Assembly: GCA_964035545.1 (NCBI GenBank)
Contig: OZ037768.1
Coordinates: 7,162,741-7,226,740, forward strand
Reading direction: 5' to 3'
Source of the DNA: Bugula neritina
Taxonomy: Eukaryota; Animalia; Bryozoa
DNA: 64,000 nt
Of this stretch, positions 45,301 through 59,300 are shown piece by piece. A program made the translations under genes and the position numbers. The notes beneath the pieces are model-generated. The model ran no database searches. It worked only from the letters and a program-made list of their open reading frames with translations, and was not told the origin of the DNA. The first letter of the stretch is position 1. Each line of letters begins with the position of its first letter.

Positions 45301-47311
45301 TCCAATATCTATGTGTAGGTAGGTCTTTGTAAACTGTGATTTATCAACATTTAACTTAAACCTGGTGCCATTGTCTATGGTCAGAATAAATATAATCCAG
45401 GGGATTATTACAAAAGTAAAGAATTTTCTCACGGAACATTCACCAAAGGAGATATCATTGCACAGTCAGACATAGTGGAAATAATGAAATGAACAGTGGT
45501 ATGTTAATTGACTAGCAGTGGGACTCTACAGACCAAGATCTTAATTAATGAGTTATATTTTAATGGACTGGTGATAACACATTGCTCAGTCCCAAATACC
45601 AATGAAATAATGAAAAATAACAAGTAAACTTTTGTTAAATCTCTCATGCCAAATTATATTAGAAGAAATTTAATCAATTCTTGCAATGCTTATCACGTTT
45701 ATATATATTTCACACATTTTGTAGTTTAATTTAATGAAATATCTTGACTTGTAAATTTGAAGCCGAATGCAAAAACTAGTCTTTTGTGCATGAGAACAAA
45801 ACTCTAACAAAAGTAATTCGTGTTCTGATAATATGGCGAATAACATTAGCATATCTGCCAATAGAATTTTGATGTATGGAATTTTATGTTGAAAAACATG
45901 TATTTTGCAATTAGAGATTAATGTTAAATAATATTGCAACAAACGCCTGCAAGTAAAAGAGTATGACTTGGTTATATAATTCACTGTACGTTCTTGAAAA
46001 CATTTGAGAATTCTTTCTAACCTTTCAAAACCATATATAAGTTGCCATGAAGAGAGGGAATAAACATATTTCACTATAAGCAATCAGTCATGCATCTGCA
46101 CTAGTTTTTGAAGCTACCCAACCACCATTATTCTTGCTTTTTGTATTATATAATGTAATTATTGAACATAGTAAATGTAGATGTAGCTATATAATTACAA
46201 CGATCAAGGCAAGTCCTCAGTGGGGATCTTTACACAAAATTGCACAATAATAATGCATAAATTATCAAGAAGAACCATTCCTCCCATTACATAAAGTACG
46301 TGCTTATCCCCTTTACATGGTCAAAGTGGTTACTTGTGGTTCAACAACTAATTAATTACAATGCTATACTATACAAACACACGTTGCCAATAAAAGACTA
46401 TTCATTAGTAACTTATTTGTCAAAATTAAAAGTTGAAAAACCAAGTTAAAAACAAGGCATTAGTTTTAAGCCATCCTGATAAACATGTTCTTAAACTGCA
46501 TTTTAAGCCATACGCAGACAACCTTCATCCAGTGTCTTATTGCTGGTTATAAGCATTATAAATCTCGAGCTATGCTATAGATAGGATCACAGATTAAATC
46601 TACACTAAGATTCTTAATGTTTGATGAAATCATATGCTCTCCTGTAACTAAAACAACACCATCAAAAGCCCAGCTAGCTCTCATTTCACAATAAACTCCA
46701 ATAGCTGTACTAATTAATGTCGACCCAGCCTAAACCGTAGTTGCCTTAGTCTGACAGCTCACCAGCAGGTTGGTAACATAAATAGCGCACATTATATGGC
46801 ACTCTGTGTATTCCGTTAATTTTTAGCCTAAGCTAGTCTTAGCAATTGGATAACATGTGATGAAACCGAATCAAGAGGTTTTTTATGCGTGAAGCAGAAG
46901 GAAGTGCCATTATTGCCATGTCAGGACTGAAATCAGCACCACATCTGTCGGATGGTATTAATGCTAGTCTTATACGTAAAACAGTAATATTACAAAATAT
47001 GTTTTACCTTCATCACCAGATTATATTTACACAGACCAATATTAGAGTGGAAAAACACAAATAAATAATAAATATTATTTTATTTATGTGAAATGAGCTG
47101 GAAAACTATTGCTCAGATGCAGACGTTCATTTAGAGTTGCAGTAGTTAATATCCCAGTTGCTACTAAGAGAATAGGTAAGAATTTGGCACGGCTCCAAAT
47201 AATGTAGACAACCAGACAATCAAATCAAGACTTTGGTTATTCCAGCACCTCTGGGAGTAGAAATTATAGCATTGAAAAAGTTGATTGTTGAAAAGAAGTT
47301 TGTAGATTAGC

Positions 47312-50300
47312 TCAGTCTTTTCTCCACCATCTACTGATAGCACTAATAGCACCTGCTGCGGCATCCAGGGTTCTTGAACCTACAAAGAAACCGTGTCGAA
47401 CTTTCAACATCTGCCACAAGGAATTAAGATGGAAATCCAAATATGTAATACATGTTATACAGCACTACCAAATCCTGCATGGCTATAGGAACTGAAATCC
47501 GAGAATTCACTATCAACTTTGACAGCAGAATGAAACTTGCAGGCTACAGTACAGCTTTATAGTACCTTTTAACATTTTTCGACAAAATAAACTTTTAAGA
47601 ACTGATTTTTGATCGGGTTCAAGCGCTAAATTTATCTCACCTTGCCGTCCTTTACACGCCTTATCAACTTCCTTAGCCTGAGTAACCTGCTTAACTTGTA
47701 GCAACTCATTCATAACAATGCCGGGATCAAGGAAATCAGCCTCTTTTTGGTGAGCAGCCAAATAACTTACTAGAGACTGAAATATCCCGGAATTTGCCAG
47801 TCTAGAGACCAGATGCTGCTCAAAGATACTTTTTATTACTATCTCGTCATTTTCAAAAACCTAAAAGGAAACAAGAACCGATGAGAGTTTCACAGCATAA
47901 CTTGCATCAGCCCAACAGTATTAGTGCATTAAACAGAAATCTTTCATTAAAGAATTCATTAAATCTTTAATATTTCAACTATGCAATTATTAAAGGGTAA
48001 TCAAGACCAATCCACAAGCTAATTAATAATAAATTAGTTCGGTGCAATATGACTTAATGGACAAAGTATCCAGCATATTACCACCTAATACTGATGATTC
48101 ACCAAACAACATCTGCATGCCTTGCTGTATGCACCAGAGCAGACGTAAAGGTTGGGATGAAATACCACAGGTTCTGGTGGAACCAAGTGGGGATAGAGAG
48201 ATTATTTATACTAAAGTGAGAGAGTTGTGTACAAAGCTGTAATCTTGTACTGACCTCGAAATTCTCGGTCACAATGTCTATGGCATCTTCTAGAAGGACT
48301 GGAGATTGCGATTGAAATGCTAGAACAGCACAATGATGTAAATGATTACTTTTCTTCAAACAGCTGTATGCGTGCTACAAAACCAGTATTTCATCATCGT
48401 AATAGTAATGACGTGCATCGGCTAAAATGAAGGCAAGGCAGCTCATTGCTCCACCAATTATAAAGCAGAAAGGATGATCTAGATTTACCATTCTTGGTGC
48501 AAGAAACACAAAATTTCGTTATAATTAAAAACTAGTTATTAGAATTATTATAGATTTCACAACAATTATTATTAAGTTTTTGCTGACTTAATAAAAAAAA
48601 AACTTGCAGCTTAACGTATCTTAAAGCTAAAGTAATAAAGAACAGCTCATCAAGTTGGAGACTGCACCTGCACAACTCCCTGAGATAAGCTCTCAGCCAA
48701 ACACAAGGCTACGACATTTTCTGCTGCTTTATCCAAGTCAGCATCAACTAGTAAAGCCTCTATCAGCTGTATCCACAGAGAGCTGCAACAGAAGTGAACA
48801 CATGAGTTGGATATAACTAAAACTCCAGTCACTGAAAGGTCTTCCACCATCCAGCAGCACTTTTCCCAGAAATATGAAAGTCTTTGAGTTTTACAGATGT
48901 TTTGCACATATCCTAAAACCTACACTATAGGAGGCCAAAATCCTTAAAATATCATTGAGATATTACACAGTTTGCTCAAATACAACATTTTTGTATTTTT
49001 ATGATAGAAGCTTTATTTTTCCGATACACATATCGATATGTTCAGTGGATTCAGGCTTTCTAATGAAACAAAAGGTGTTGAATGGCAGAAGACCTTCTTC
49101 AAGTTTTAAGAAGTAACTTGCTATGTATGAAACTGGTACAAATAGGTCAATGTCCAAAGTCATTAATCCGACGCCTGGAACTCCCTCCCAAAACATCTGA
49201 GGGCGATACGAAGTAGGAGTGAGTTTGCGGTGGCCTTGAAGCAGTTCCTGCTTGACTCACTGATTTAGGGTCCGCGTCATGCGGGCTCTGCTGGCTGCTA
49301 CCTCTGGGTCCAGCACCTCGACTAGCTTCGCTATTGTGCATATGGACCCTCATCACTGATTATTTTCTATTTTTCAACTTATGACATAAACTACTATTTT
49401 GATGAAAATACAAACAAACAAACAAACAAACAGTATGATACCAGACAACGCAACAGAGTTGCAGTATAATGACAGGGTAAAGGGTGGATAATGTTGGACA
49501 TGAGATATGAGAGTTTGGTGCATGTTGGAGGTTTCGGAAAGTGCCCTGTGCCAGAACTATACTAATTAGGAGAATGCAAAAAATAAAACAACTAATGGCA
49601 AAAGTTCGAAAAATAAGAGTAAAAAACTGCTTAAAACTAAACATTATTATGTGAACATTTCATAACAGAGAAGAAAACAAAATTTTGTAAGAATATCACT
49701 TTAAAAACACTAATCTAGATGGAACATAGTGTGTACACAGAACTAATCTCTAATCAATCACAACAAGATATTGAAATGCACTCTCCAGAAATATTTGATG
49801 TGTAGCTGTTAGCAGGAAAAAATAACAATTTCTTTGAAACGAGAGCTTGGATTACTAGGTTACATTTAGCAGCATGAGTGAGTTTGCAATATACGAGTAA
49901 ACAAGTGTAAATTAGATGTTCTAAGAATGGTGTGTGCATATGGCATGTGTTGGAGATGCGTGAATAAATAAGCAGTGAAGTAACATAAGGGATAAACCTT
50001 AAATTCGGCGCCGGTCCACACAGCAAAACATTCCAGTAACTAAGCAACACATCTTGAACAGTTATACATAGATAATGTAGACAATGCTCAACAGCACACA
50101 AACAGACATCAAGTGTAGTATAAGTGTAGTATAACTAACTTAATATTTTTCTGTTGAGGCCATATATTGAGCAATGAAGTCAAGGCAAGATAATGTGGCA
50201 AATCTGTTGAATTTTGTAGTAACTCTGTAAATAAAGATGTCCTCGAAGTTTCAGACTCCATGTGAGTTGGGCTGACCTAAGAAAGAAAGACAGGTGAGAG

Positions 50301-53300
50301 GAGGTGAGATAGCCCTTATCATTTATCATATATAACATATTTAGAACAGAGATAGAATATATATAGAAGATATATTTATATACTTCAGGTAACATTTGGT
50401 TGGCTACACTATCTAATACTATTTGGAAGAAGTAACCAAAACAACTCAAACATTGTTAGGCATACCACAAGGAAATTTTCAAAACATGTTGATGTAAGCA
50501 ATCAGTTCTCAGCCCATGTCATAGTTCTAATTACTAACCTTAAACTTAATTACAAGCACTGAGTAAACACCTAATAAGCTATATATATATATATAATACT
50601 GAGAAATGCCAAGTGATTGATCACTAACTATAAGCATGGAGATAATAATACCAGACGGTGCAATGCCCTATTTATTTCAGAGTTGTTACAGATCAAAACA
50701 GTTATTAGAGCGAAAACCAACATGTCTACACTCATCAATTAGCTGAGTATTTATTAAGCCAACCTCCTACCTGCTGCGTAGGCCAATGAGCAGCTGTGAC
50801 TGTTTGAGTTTGGTAAACCAACACTAGAAGACGGTCTTCGGCCCGTAACACAAAGTTCTAAAGGAATACATAGCCATGCACGAAGACTATATAAAACACT
50901 CTGCTATCTTTTTACAAAAAATTAACTTTAAATAAAGAATTTTTCTATAAATGTACAAAGTTTAAATAAAATTATTTTATAAATGTACAAAATTTAAATT
51001 AAGAATTTTTTTTATAAAAATACAAAATTAAAATCAGACAATCACTTGTATATCATGTACAGTTAATAGATAACAGACAAACTGTAACAAAGACTCTAAG
51101 CCATATTAGAATACACTTAAGCTTTTGTTTCCATTGAGATTCAAATTGAGATAACGGAGAAATAATAAACAGATACCTGCTCTAATAGAGTAAGGGCCTT
51201 TAATTTGGTTCCAATGCTGATGCTAGGATCTGGGACCAGGGGACGAAACAGTGACATCACATCCTCTGTTGTCACAAGTTCACCAGCCTCTTTCTGATGC
51301 TCTCCAACTTGAACGATCAAATTCTCAAAAGCCTTCATTGTCAGTACACCGTTGCTCTTCAGGTGTGTCTGTGAGGTGCTGTGTTAGTCAAATAACAAGC
51401 TATAATACGATATATGTAATATGTCGTATGTGTCTAAATTCTAAAAGTTGGGACTTTTTAAAATATTGAGATATTTTCTCAGTAAGACAACACAGAAGGT
51501 CTTATGGCCCTATTTGGATGAAACTCGACACTGATGAGTGAACAATCAGATAATACGCTTCAGAGAACAATTATTTTACAAAAACTTATGCTATGATAAC
51601 ATGGTGAGTTTGCTATTTTCGCAAAAATCTAAAGCTCAGTCATTAAAAAAATTATTACAACATGATAGAAAGATAATAACTACAATACGAGTAATACTAC
51701 AAATATAATTTGTATTGACTGATTCACCATCCGCGTACAAACCACTACAGAATCATTGTGACGGTTTCTGGTTACGGATGTATTATTCCCAGCAGTTGGT
51801 AAGAGAAGTATTGCTGGCTGACTAACCTGAGGTGCTGACAGATGTCTGTGACAGCATCCATCAGCGCATCTCTCACTTTCCAGTCCTCTATAGGTATAAC
51901 CTGGAGAATATCGTGTACCAACTCCAGAGCTTGTCCGTCCAGCAGCATTCCAACCAGCACTTTCTTTAACTTCAAAACATGCATTAAAGATTGACAATAA
52001 TACATGGAGAAACTATAAAAAGCTAGATCATTGGTAGGCCATAGAAATTTGATTACAGGGTTCAAATCTTATAGGTTCTACATGTAAGTCAAACCTATTG
52101 TTAAAATTAGATAACTTGAAAAAAGAAAAATAAACTTTTTTAAATATAACTTCTAAATATAACCAAAAAAATTATAAACCAGCTGTTTCATTCATTTACA
52201 TGTCTTGAACTTTAACTAATCAACAAAATGTATATAGAAAAGCAGCAGAATACCTTTTGGTGGTCACCCATGCACGCATCGATCTTTTTATGATAGCTCT
52301 GCACTTGTAGATCTTCAGCTAGCCGTAGACCAATCAAAGCTTCACTTCCCATCTTGTCCAAATGAGATTGATACGCCTGCACAGCAGCTGCGGCTTCAGC
52401 CCACGACATACTGTGTAACCAGATCAATCATTGAGCAAAGACATTATTAAAATACTGCAGTGATTATGACAATAAAGTTCTGCCTTTGCTCATAGTTTCA
52501 ATGCCTGCTCTTTGTTGGCTTTTCTCACAAAGAAGCAGAGGACTAACTGCAGGTAAATGTGCTTCCATATGGGGCTTAAACCTCATACCCAACCACACCA
52601 GCCATGAGCGATAAAATAGTGCTGTGACCATTCTCTTATATACTTGTTTTGTTAATATATAAGCAGAGAGTATGTGAATAACTTGGCCTCAACTTTATGA
52701 ACAATTTTGTAAATACTTTGATTTCAGCATTAGTAGAGATGTCATGCTGTTATGCAATTCTTAAGCTTATATGATGTCCAAAGGTATTCTGGCAAGCTTT
52801 TAGACTTTATATCATCGTGGAACATAAATTATATGTAAAAAACTTGGAAGAATGTGTGATGCAATTGAGGAAATGTTATTTTATACTAGGTGAATGACAG
52901 AAATTTGTACAATATGAGATTAAACAGACATATGCTAAAGTAACCGCTTTCTGAGACATAAAAAGTGTTGCTGGTATGACTGGAAAATTGCTGGAATAAA
53001 AAAATGTGTTCCTGGTTAAAGCATACTTTTTTAGCAGCCAAATTTGTTAAATTACATTCTTGTCTTCAAAAATCCTACAATTCACTTTTAATTAGAGCAA
53101 GTATTCAAGTTTGCTAATGATATAAAAAGATAGAAAATATTCAAAACCGTTGGTAAAGTGTCTATAATACAAAATTGAATAGTAATATTATCACAATATT
53201 CATATTAAATTTAAAAAGGAAATTAATCAGGTATATAAAATATTTTTAGTTTACAAGGGCTAAAGTCTAGAGATGAGCCTCACACCCAGCTTCATAGAAC

Positions 53301-56300
53301 ACTTGTTATAGTATTAATGACAACTTTTACAAATATAAAAATGGCAAGCATACCCGGGAACATCTCTATGCTTGTCTTTAGGAATATTACTCTTACAAAA
53401 CTTCAAGTTCCTTCTACAGATTTCACTTCTGGCCTCCAGAGGAACCTGCAGAACAAACAACATTCTGCTACTGCAAACTGAACAAATATTACTGCTTTTT
53501 TATATTTTAACCACAGAAAAAATATCAAGACATTGAAACACTTTATACTAAAGCATATTCTTGTTATGTATAAAAAGAAACCATAGTTTTGTGAGAGACA
53601 TGCTATAAAATCATAAGGTCATCAATTATAGATTTCCCAGGTAAAATGCTGTTGATGATATTGAAATGACATTTACGCAGCTGACTCCTAAACAGCTCAC
53701 TTATGCAGACATGGTTTTAACAACCCTTTTGAGAATTAACTGAAATTAGGCGAAGTGGTGAATAAAGCTAACTCTAAATGTCAATGATTCCCATGAGTTA
53801 TATTGCTCATTAAATACCTGGTGTCAACGCATTAGACTAGCTGTCTCAGGTGCAGGTAGTAAACAGTTTCTTATAAAAGAAAATATGTAAGATGATAGAT
53901 TCAGTCATGATGAACTGCAGTGCTTAAAACAGACAAGACGTGAAACCACAAAAACAAATGGAGAGAGCTTATGGTGATTAATATAAAGTTTTATAGCGAC
54001 TATAAGAAATTATCTAGATTTGATAAAATTTAGCTTAATTCTGTTTGACCTTATCACACTAGGAGCATAAGATATGCTTGGCTTGGTAGAAATCTCACCA
54101 TATAGGAGAAACAAAAAAGTTCTTGTTTTACCTAATTTCTGTAACTTACAGTATATTAACAGGATATACTTGTGTCGAAGCATTACGCTTGCCCCTAACC
54201 CCTCAGTCAATTTTTTACAAACGTTATAATACATAATAGGGCTAATAATTCTACCAAAACTGTTGATTGTATTATTTCACATGAACAGTATAACAATTAG
54301 CTATAATCACGCCCTAATGCCTACATCACATTTTAATTTAGCAAAACACAACTTTAATTAAAGTTGACATAAAAAATTTCTAAAAAAAATTACGTTTTCT
54401 TTATTTAAAGATTTTTCTTGATTCTGTTAACAGAAAATTGACTTAGAATTTGGTTTTAACAATGCAAATGAGGTATGTACAGGTTTGGCTAGTTTAGGAG
54501 GTGCTCAATCTCTCCAACACCTATTTGTGGTGTAAAAATCAGAAGCTAAATACAAGGAAATAAAGTAAGACCATAATTACACTAATATGTGTGAAGCCTC
54601 ACCAGATCAAGTACTTTACTGCTGAACAAAGCATGCTTCAGAAAGCTGAGATCGTCACTGGGTTCCATTTTATTGATAAATTCTCCACAAGATTCATACC
54701 GATGCACCCATGCTAGCTGCAATTGAATAAAGTTGTTTTGATTAAAAAATAAATTAATTTCTGGTGGCCTGTCTAGCATTTAAACCCATAAAACATGTAT
54801 TTTTACTAGATAAGATTATTAACTGATCACAGATATAGCACTTTATCCCCCATAAACATGCCAATAGTGCAGGCACCCGGTACTATACCCTGCTCAACCT
54901 GCAATAACACTTGCCAACCACCTGCCAAAACTTACCAAACAGACCACCTTAGTTATGCAGATAGTTGGCAACTGTCACAGCATTTTATGAACAATTTAAG
55001 TGCAGTTATTTCACAGGCGCTACAAGCACATAGCATAGTAACAGCTAATATATGCAGTGAAATGTATAAATATTACTCTAAGCAACAAAACTTTCACATA
55101 TATCTTTTAGTAGGAAATCTCAACCATTGCTTCACTGTCTTTCGCTATGCACTCATCAGTATTACTTTAAATGATGAAGTAATTACTTCAAATAAAAATT
55201 ACACTTATAAGATACCATTTCTAGAATAAATAACCATTCCCAGGTTACATGATTTATGCAATGCTAAATGCTCTTAAAAAAACTTACAAAGACTTTCAGG
55301 TTTCGTTGTTCCTGTAAAATAAAAAACTTCATAAGCAGCTAAAAGGAGAGAAACACTAAACAGATCAACTCACTGTAGACTCTGGCACTTTGCTGTTGGC
55401 AGATGCTCCGTCTACAAAAAACTTTTGAGCCCAAGCACTGAATACAGAGCTGGTGGAAAGATGGCCGCCATCCGCAGTCGGGATTTTAGAAGAGAGTTTG
55501 GAGAAGACGTGCACATTCCCACTCTTCAACACTGGTCTTATGATGTCAACCGGGTCACCGGCACATGACATCAGTGAGCCGTAGTCTAAGCCTGCAGAGA
55601 ATCAGTGTAATGTATTCCAGCTTATGGTGTAGAGATAAGAGACATGAGTCTGTGAAAATAACTATAGAGTACTGCAATTACATAGTAGTACTGCAAACTA
55701 TTGCAACAAACGAATACATTTGTTTATAATGTCTAGGATATTAAAATTTGCTAGAATAAGATAGTGAGAATTTTAAATTGGCTCATGTGGTCAGGTTATT
55801 TTTGTCTCTATTTCAATCACCAGCTCTAGCCTACCCTATCAACTCTTTCAGCAAACAGTAGGGAGCTGGGAGATGGACAACCCTTAAATTTTAGAGACTT
55901 AGGTAGTGGGGAGTTGAAATTACCTCCCCTGTAATGGCAAAAAATAAGTATTTGGAAGTTGATTAGGTAAAATATTATAAAAATTGCTTTAATGATATAT
56001 TATATGGGATATTTTGACAACTCCAACTTTGAGCTTTTACCATGTCTACTATTGTCAAGAAACAAATCTACTAAATTGAAACATTATATAAATTGTGTGT
56101 GTATTGAGCAATGGATACTTTTTATTAACAAATATGATGCCTGGAAATAAACAATAGTCAATAACTAAACAACTCCTGCACATGCAATATTGTTTACATG
56201 ATTGCTAAGAAAGTATCAGTCTATGGTTTTCTAATAAAAAGAAAACATTTCAAAAGGTAAATTTTAGCATTTTAAGCACTTGGTCTAGGATGTTTGTTTG

Positions 56301-59300
56301 TTTGTTTGTTTTTATTTTGTCGTAGTCTGAAAAAATTTAATTGAAAAAAAATAAACAAAATGACAGGGCCTATGGCGCAATAGCACTGTAGCTAGTCGAG
56401 GCACCGAGCCATGAATGGTTGACAGTTATATAAGTTTTTGTTTAGGTTTTTGGAAGTTTTAGCAACTCAAAAAGTATTATTTTTTTATCTGGAAATTTGC
56501 CATTAGATGGTCTCTCAGGGCAAGTTTGAAACCAGCCTCCCTCCCCACAGCACGAATGTAGATAAACTTTTACCCAATCAATGCAGGCGTAAGAAAATAA
56601 TACTACAGATTATGTGTAGCTTACAAGGTTGGTTTTTTCAAAACCTTTGCAATGACAAGTGATTTAGCAAGTTGCTTAACACAAGGTTTTGTGGTTTTTA
56701 CAATTTAAGGTAAGCATAGCGAGTGCTGTAGTGGTGGGTAGTTAATACCTGGTGCTGCCGGAATAAGTTTACTGAGCAGTTTCCTGTGAGTTTCTACGGA
56801 TACTGATCGAGAGGATGGACAATCCTCTATTAGCTTATAGTAGAGCTGAAGTTTGGACATTTCTGTGCCGTCAATAGCCACGAGGACGTTGTTGTCCATA
56901 TACTCCACAAACCTCTCCGGCTCTGCTAGTAACTCTTTCAGTATACCAATGCGGTCAATTCTTCTACTTAATTGAGCCACCGTCAAACTACATCACCATA
57001 AATATAAATCAAATTAAATTTTGTTTCAAATTACTACATAATGCCTTTAGATTCATATATAATATAATCTCTCTACAATTATGATAAGCAACATTTTACA
57101 CAATCAATCTTAGTATGTCGTTACTTACAGACTCAAAGGTTAGTCATAGCAATTTCCTTGTTTGAAAATGGCCGTAAATTAAAGTTAAATATGTTTTTTT
57201 CATTTAATCTTACTTGATCTTACATATGGTACTGTCTCTAGACACAGCTGATGTTGAGTAGCAAATCACATCATATTATTTTTCTAATTCTTGATAATAA
57301 TTATTAATAATAATTAATAATTATCCAGAATCATAAATCTTTGCACATTTCAAAATATGCAAAGCACTGTGATTGCAATCTGGACAAGTGCCTTGATTAT
57401 TGTAACTAACAAGACAAGCCAAGAACATTAATTAGTAGTTAATTTTTAAAGCCCAACAAACAACTCAACACGTGAGCTGAGTTCAAGCAGGATTAGGATA
57501 TTATTATTATCTAAAGAGTTGATGTTCATCCAGTTTATAGGTCAAAAGTTATGTAAAACATTACACCATAGACTGAAATCACAACATCACACAAGTACAA
57601 GGGTGGGTGTCTTTAGATACCCCCCTACTTTAATTACCTACCACATGTAGAAGAAATATTGACTACTAAGTGCTAGTACAGACAGATAGTAGATTAATCC
57701 TATATAATCCAGAAATAAATCAAATCACTTCCATTCATTTCTTAGGTATTTTGGGTGGCAGCCCACTCAATCAACTGAGGTCAACTAGTAACTAGTGACC
57801 AGTAAACCAGTAACCATAGAGAAATATTAACCAGTTAACATTATAGCGGCATCCGTGTAAAAGGCATCATGTGCATGCTGCTACACTCATCTTACCTGTT
57901 GAACTATGTTATACAGAATATCTAGATTGTTTATTAGAAAAAGCCTTTCAAGTGCAGCATAATCCATGTATTATGGTTCCGATGGTCATTGCATACCAGC
58001 ACTCAAAAACATTAGCACCTGTGCTTTAAGGGCAATTTGAAGTCCATCTTTAATAACGACATTACCCAAAAAGTGATGAATACTTCATTTAAGTATAAGT
58101 TAATAAGTTATTTAACTCATCAGCTAACCATAAATATTAAGGATAACTTCATAAAATGATTTAGTAATTACTAAATGGAAAGTTATTGTCACGGAAAATT
58201 GTAGATTAGCTGCCAAAAAGCAAAAAACACAACCTTGTCACGAGAAAACCCCTTTTACATTCATGGAGGAGGCATTATGAAAAGTTTATGCCACAGGACT
58301 AGGTAAACATAAGATAATATAATGCACTATTAACAGCCTACCCACTATTGACCAAGAGGTAATGCAGATGAGTCATGGAGACATCCCACAGGCTAACAGA
58401 GTATCTCTTGGCCATAGAAATCGCTGTGTCATAATGAAGCTGATCAGTGGACCTGTAAGAGATGCACTTTGAGATATAGAATTTTACAGTATGTGTTTAT
58501 GAGAAATCATGACCCTTAGAAATATATATAGTGAGATATACGAGTAAATTCTTATCTAATGATTAATTGTTTTTAATATATCATATATTTTAATTATACA
58601 TGATTGTTTCAACTATGTTACAGATGGTCATTTACACCAGCAATTATGCTTTGCCACTTTTTGGTAAATAAAATTATTATTTTGCAATACCAAACTCCAA
58701 CCCCAAACAACTTGGTGGATATGCAAATACTCTGAATACTGTTTTCAGTAGGTAAGGAGAGAGAGAAGGGTGCAAGAGGGACATGTTTACCACACTTTCA
58801 GTTACAACTGCCAAAACTAGACAAAGAAATATTGCACTATTCATACACCAGCTGATGGTGTATCGGAGGATCAACTATACTTTTTGCATGTTACTGCTGA
58901 GAAATCCAAGCAGCTGTGTGAAAATCAAAGCACTGCAAAGCTTATTTATTACCCCACACAAACACCTTGCCACGTTATAAATACACACACATACTAGTTC
59001 CCAACTTTAGCTGGTTATACAACCGATATTTACCGGTGAAATTAGTTCAGTTTACATAAACAAGTAAATTATCATTTGAAAATAGAAACTTTTGCCAAAA
59101 AGCAATTGTTATTTCAAGCCATATGTTTTTTATATCATGGTACAATCTGGTTAGTGAAATGTTTCCAAAGTATTAGGAGTTGTCCACCCTAGATGAGAAA
59201 CCTTGCAGTTTAGCTGCTCACCCTATAGAGTATAGACTATAGAGTAATACAGTGATTGTAGCTTGATGACTAAATCACTGCTTTCTAATCTTGTTACTAA

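Noticed and set aside
42400-47300. Short ORFs in the GAS1-NBAS intergenic region (e.g. 45670-46083)
   Set aside because: AT-rich, no motifs and no coherent exon chain; probably non-coding.
49147-49360. Intronic snoRNA/structured ncRNA or extra NBAS exon (GTGATGA on minus strand, several hairpins, 69-aa ORF)
   Set aside because: The plus strand reads as a LINE ORF2 end with a (CAAA)n tail; no nearby box D; as an NBAS exon it would be out of phase and hit a stop.
51515-51545. Hammerhead ribozyme core (GAAA...CTGATGA)
   Set aside because: Only 7 nt separate the motifs and no flanking stems are visible.
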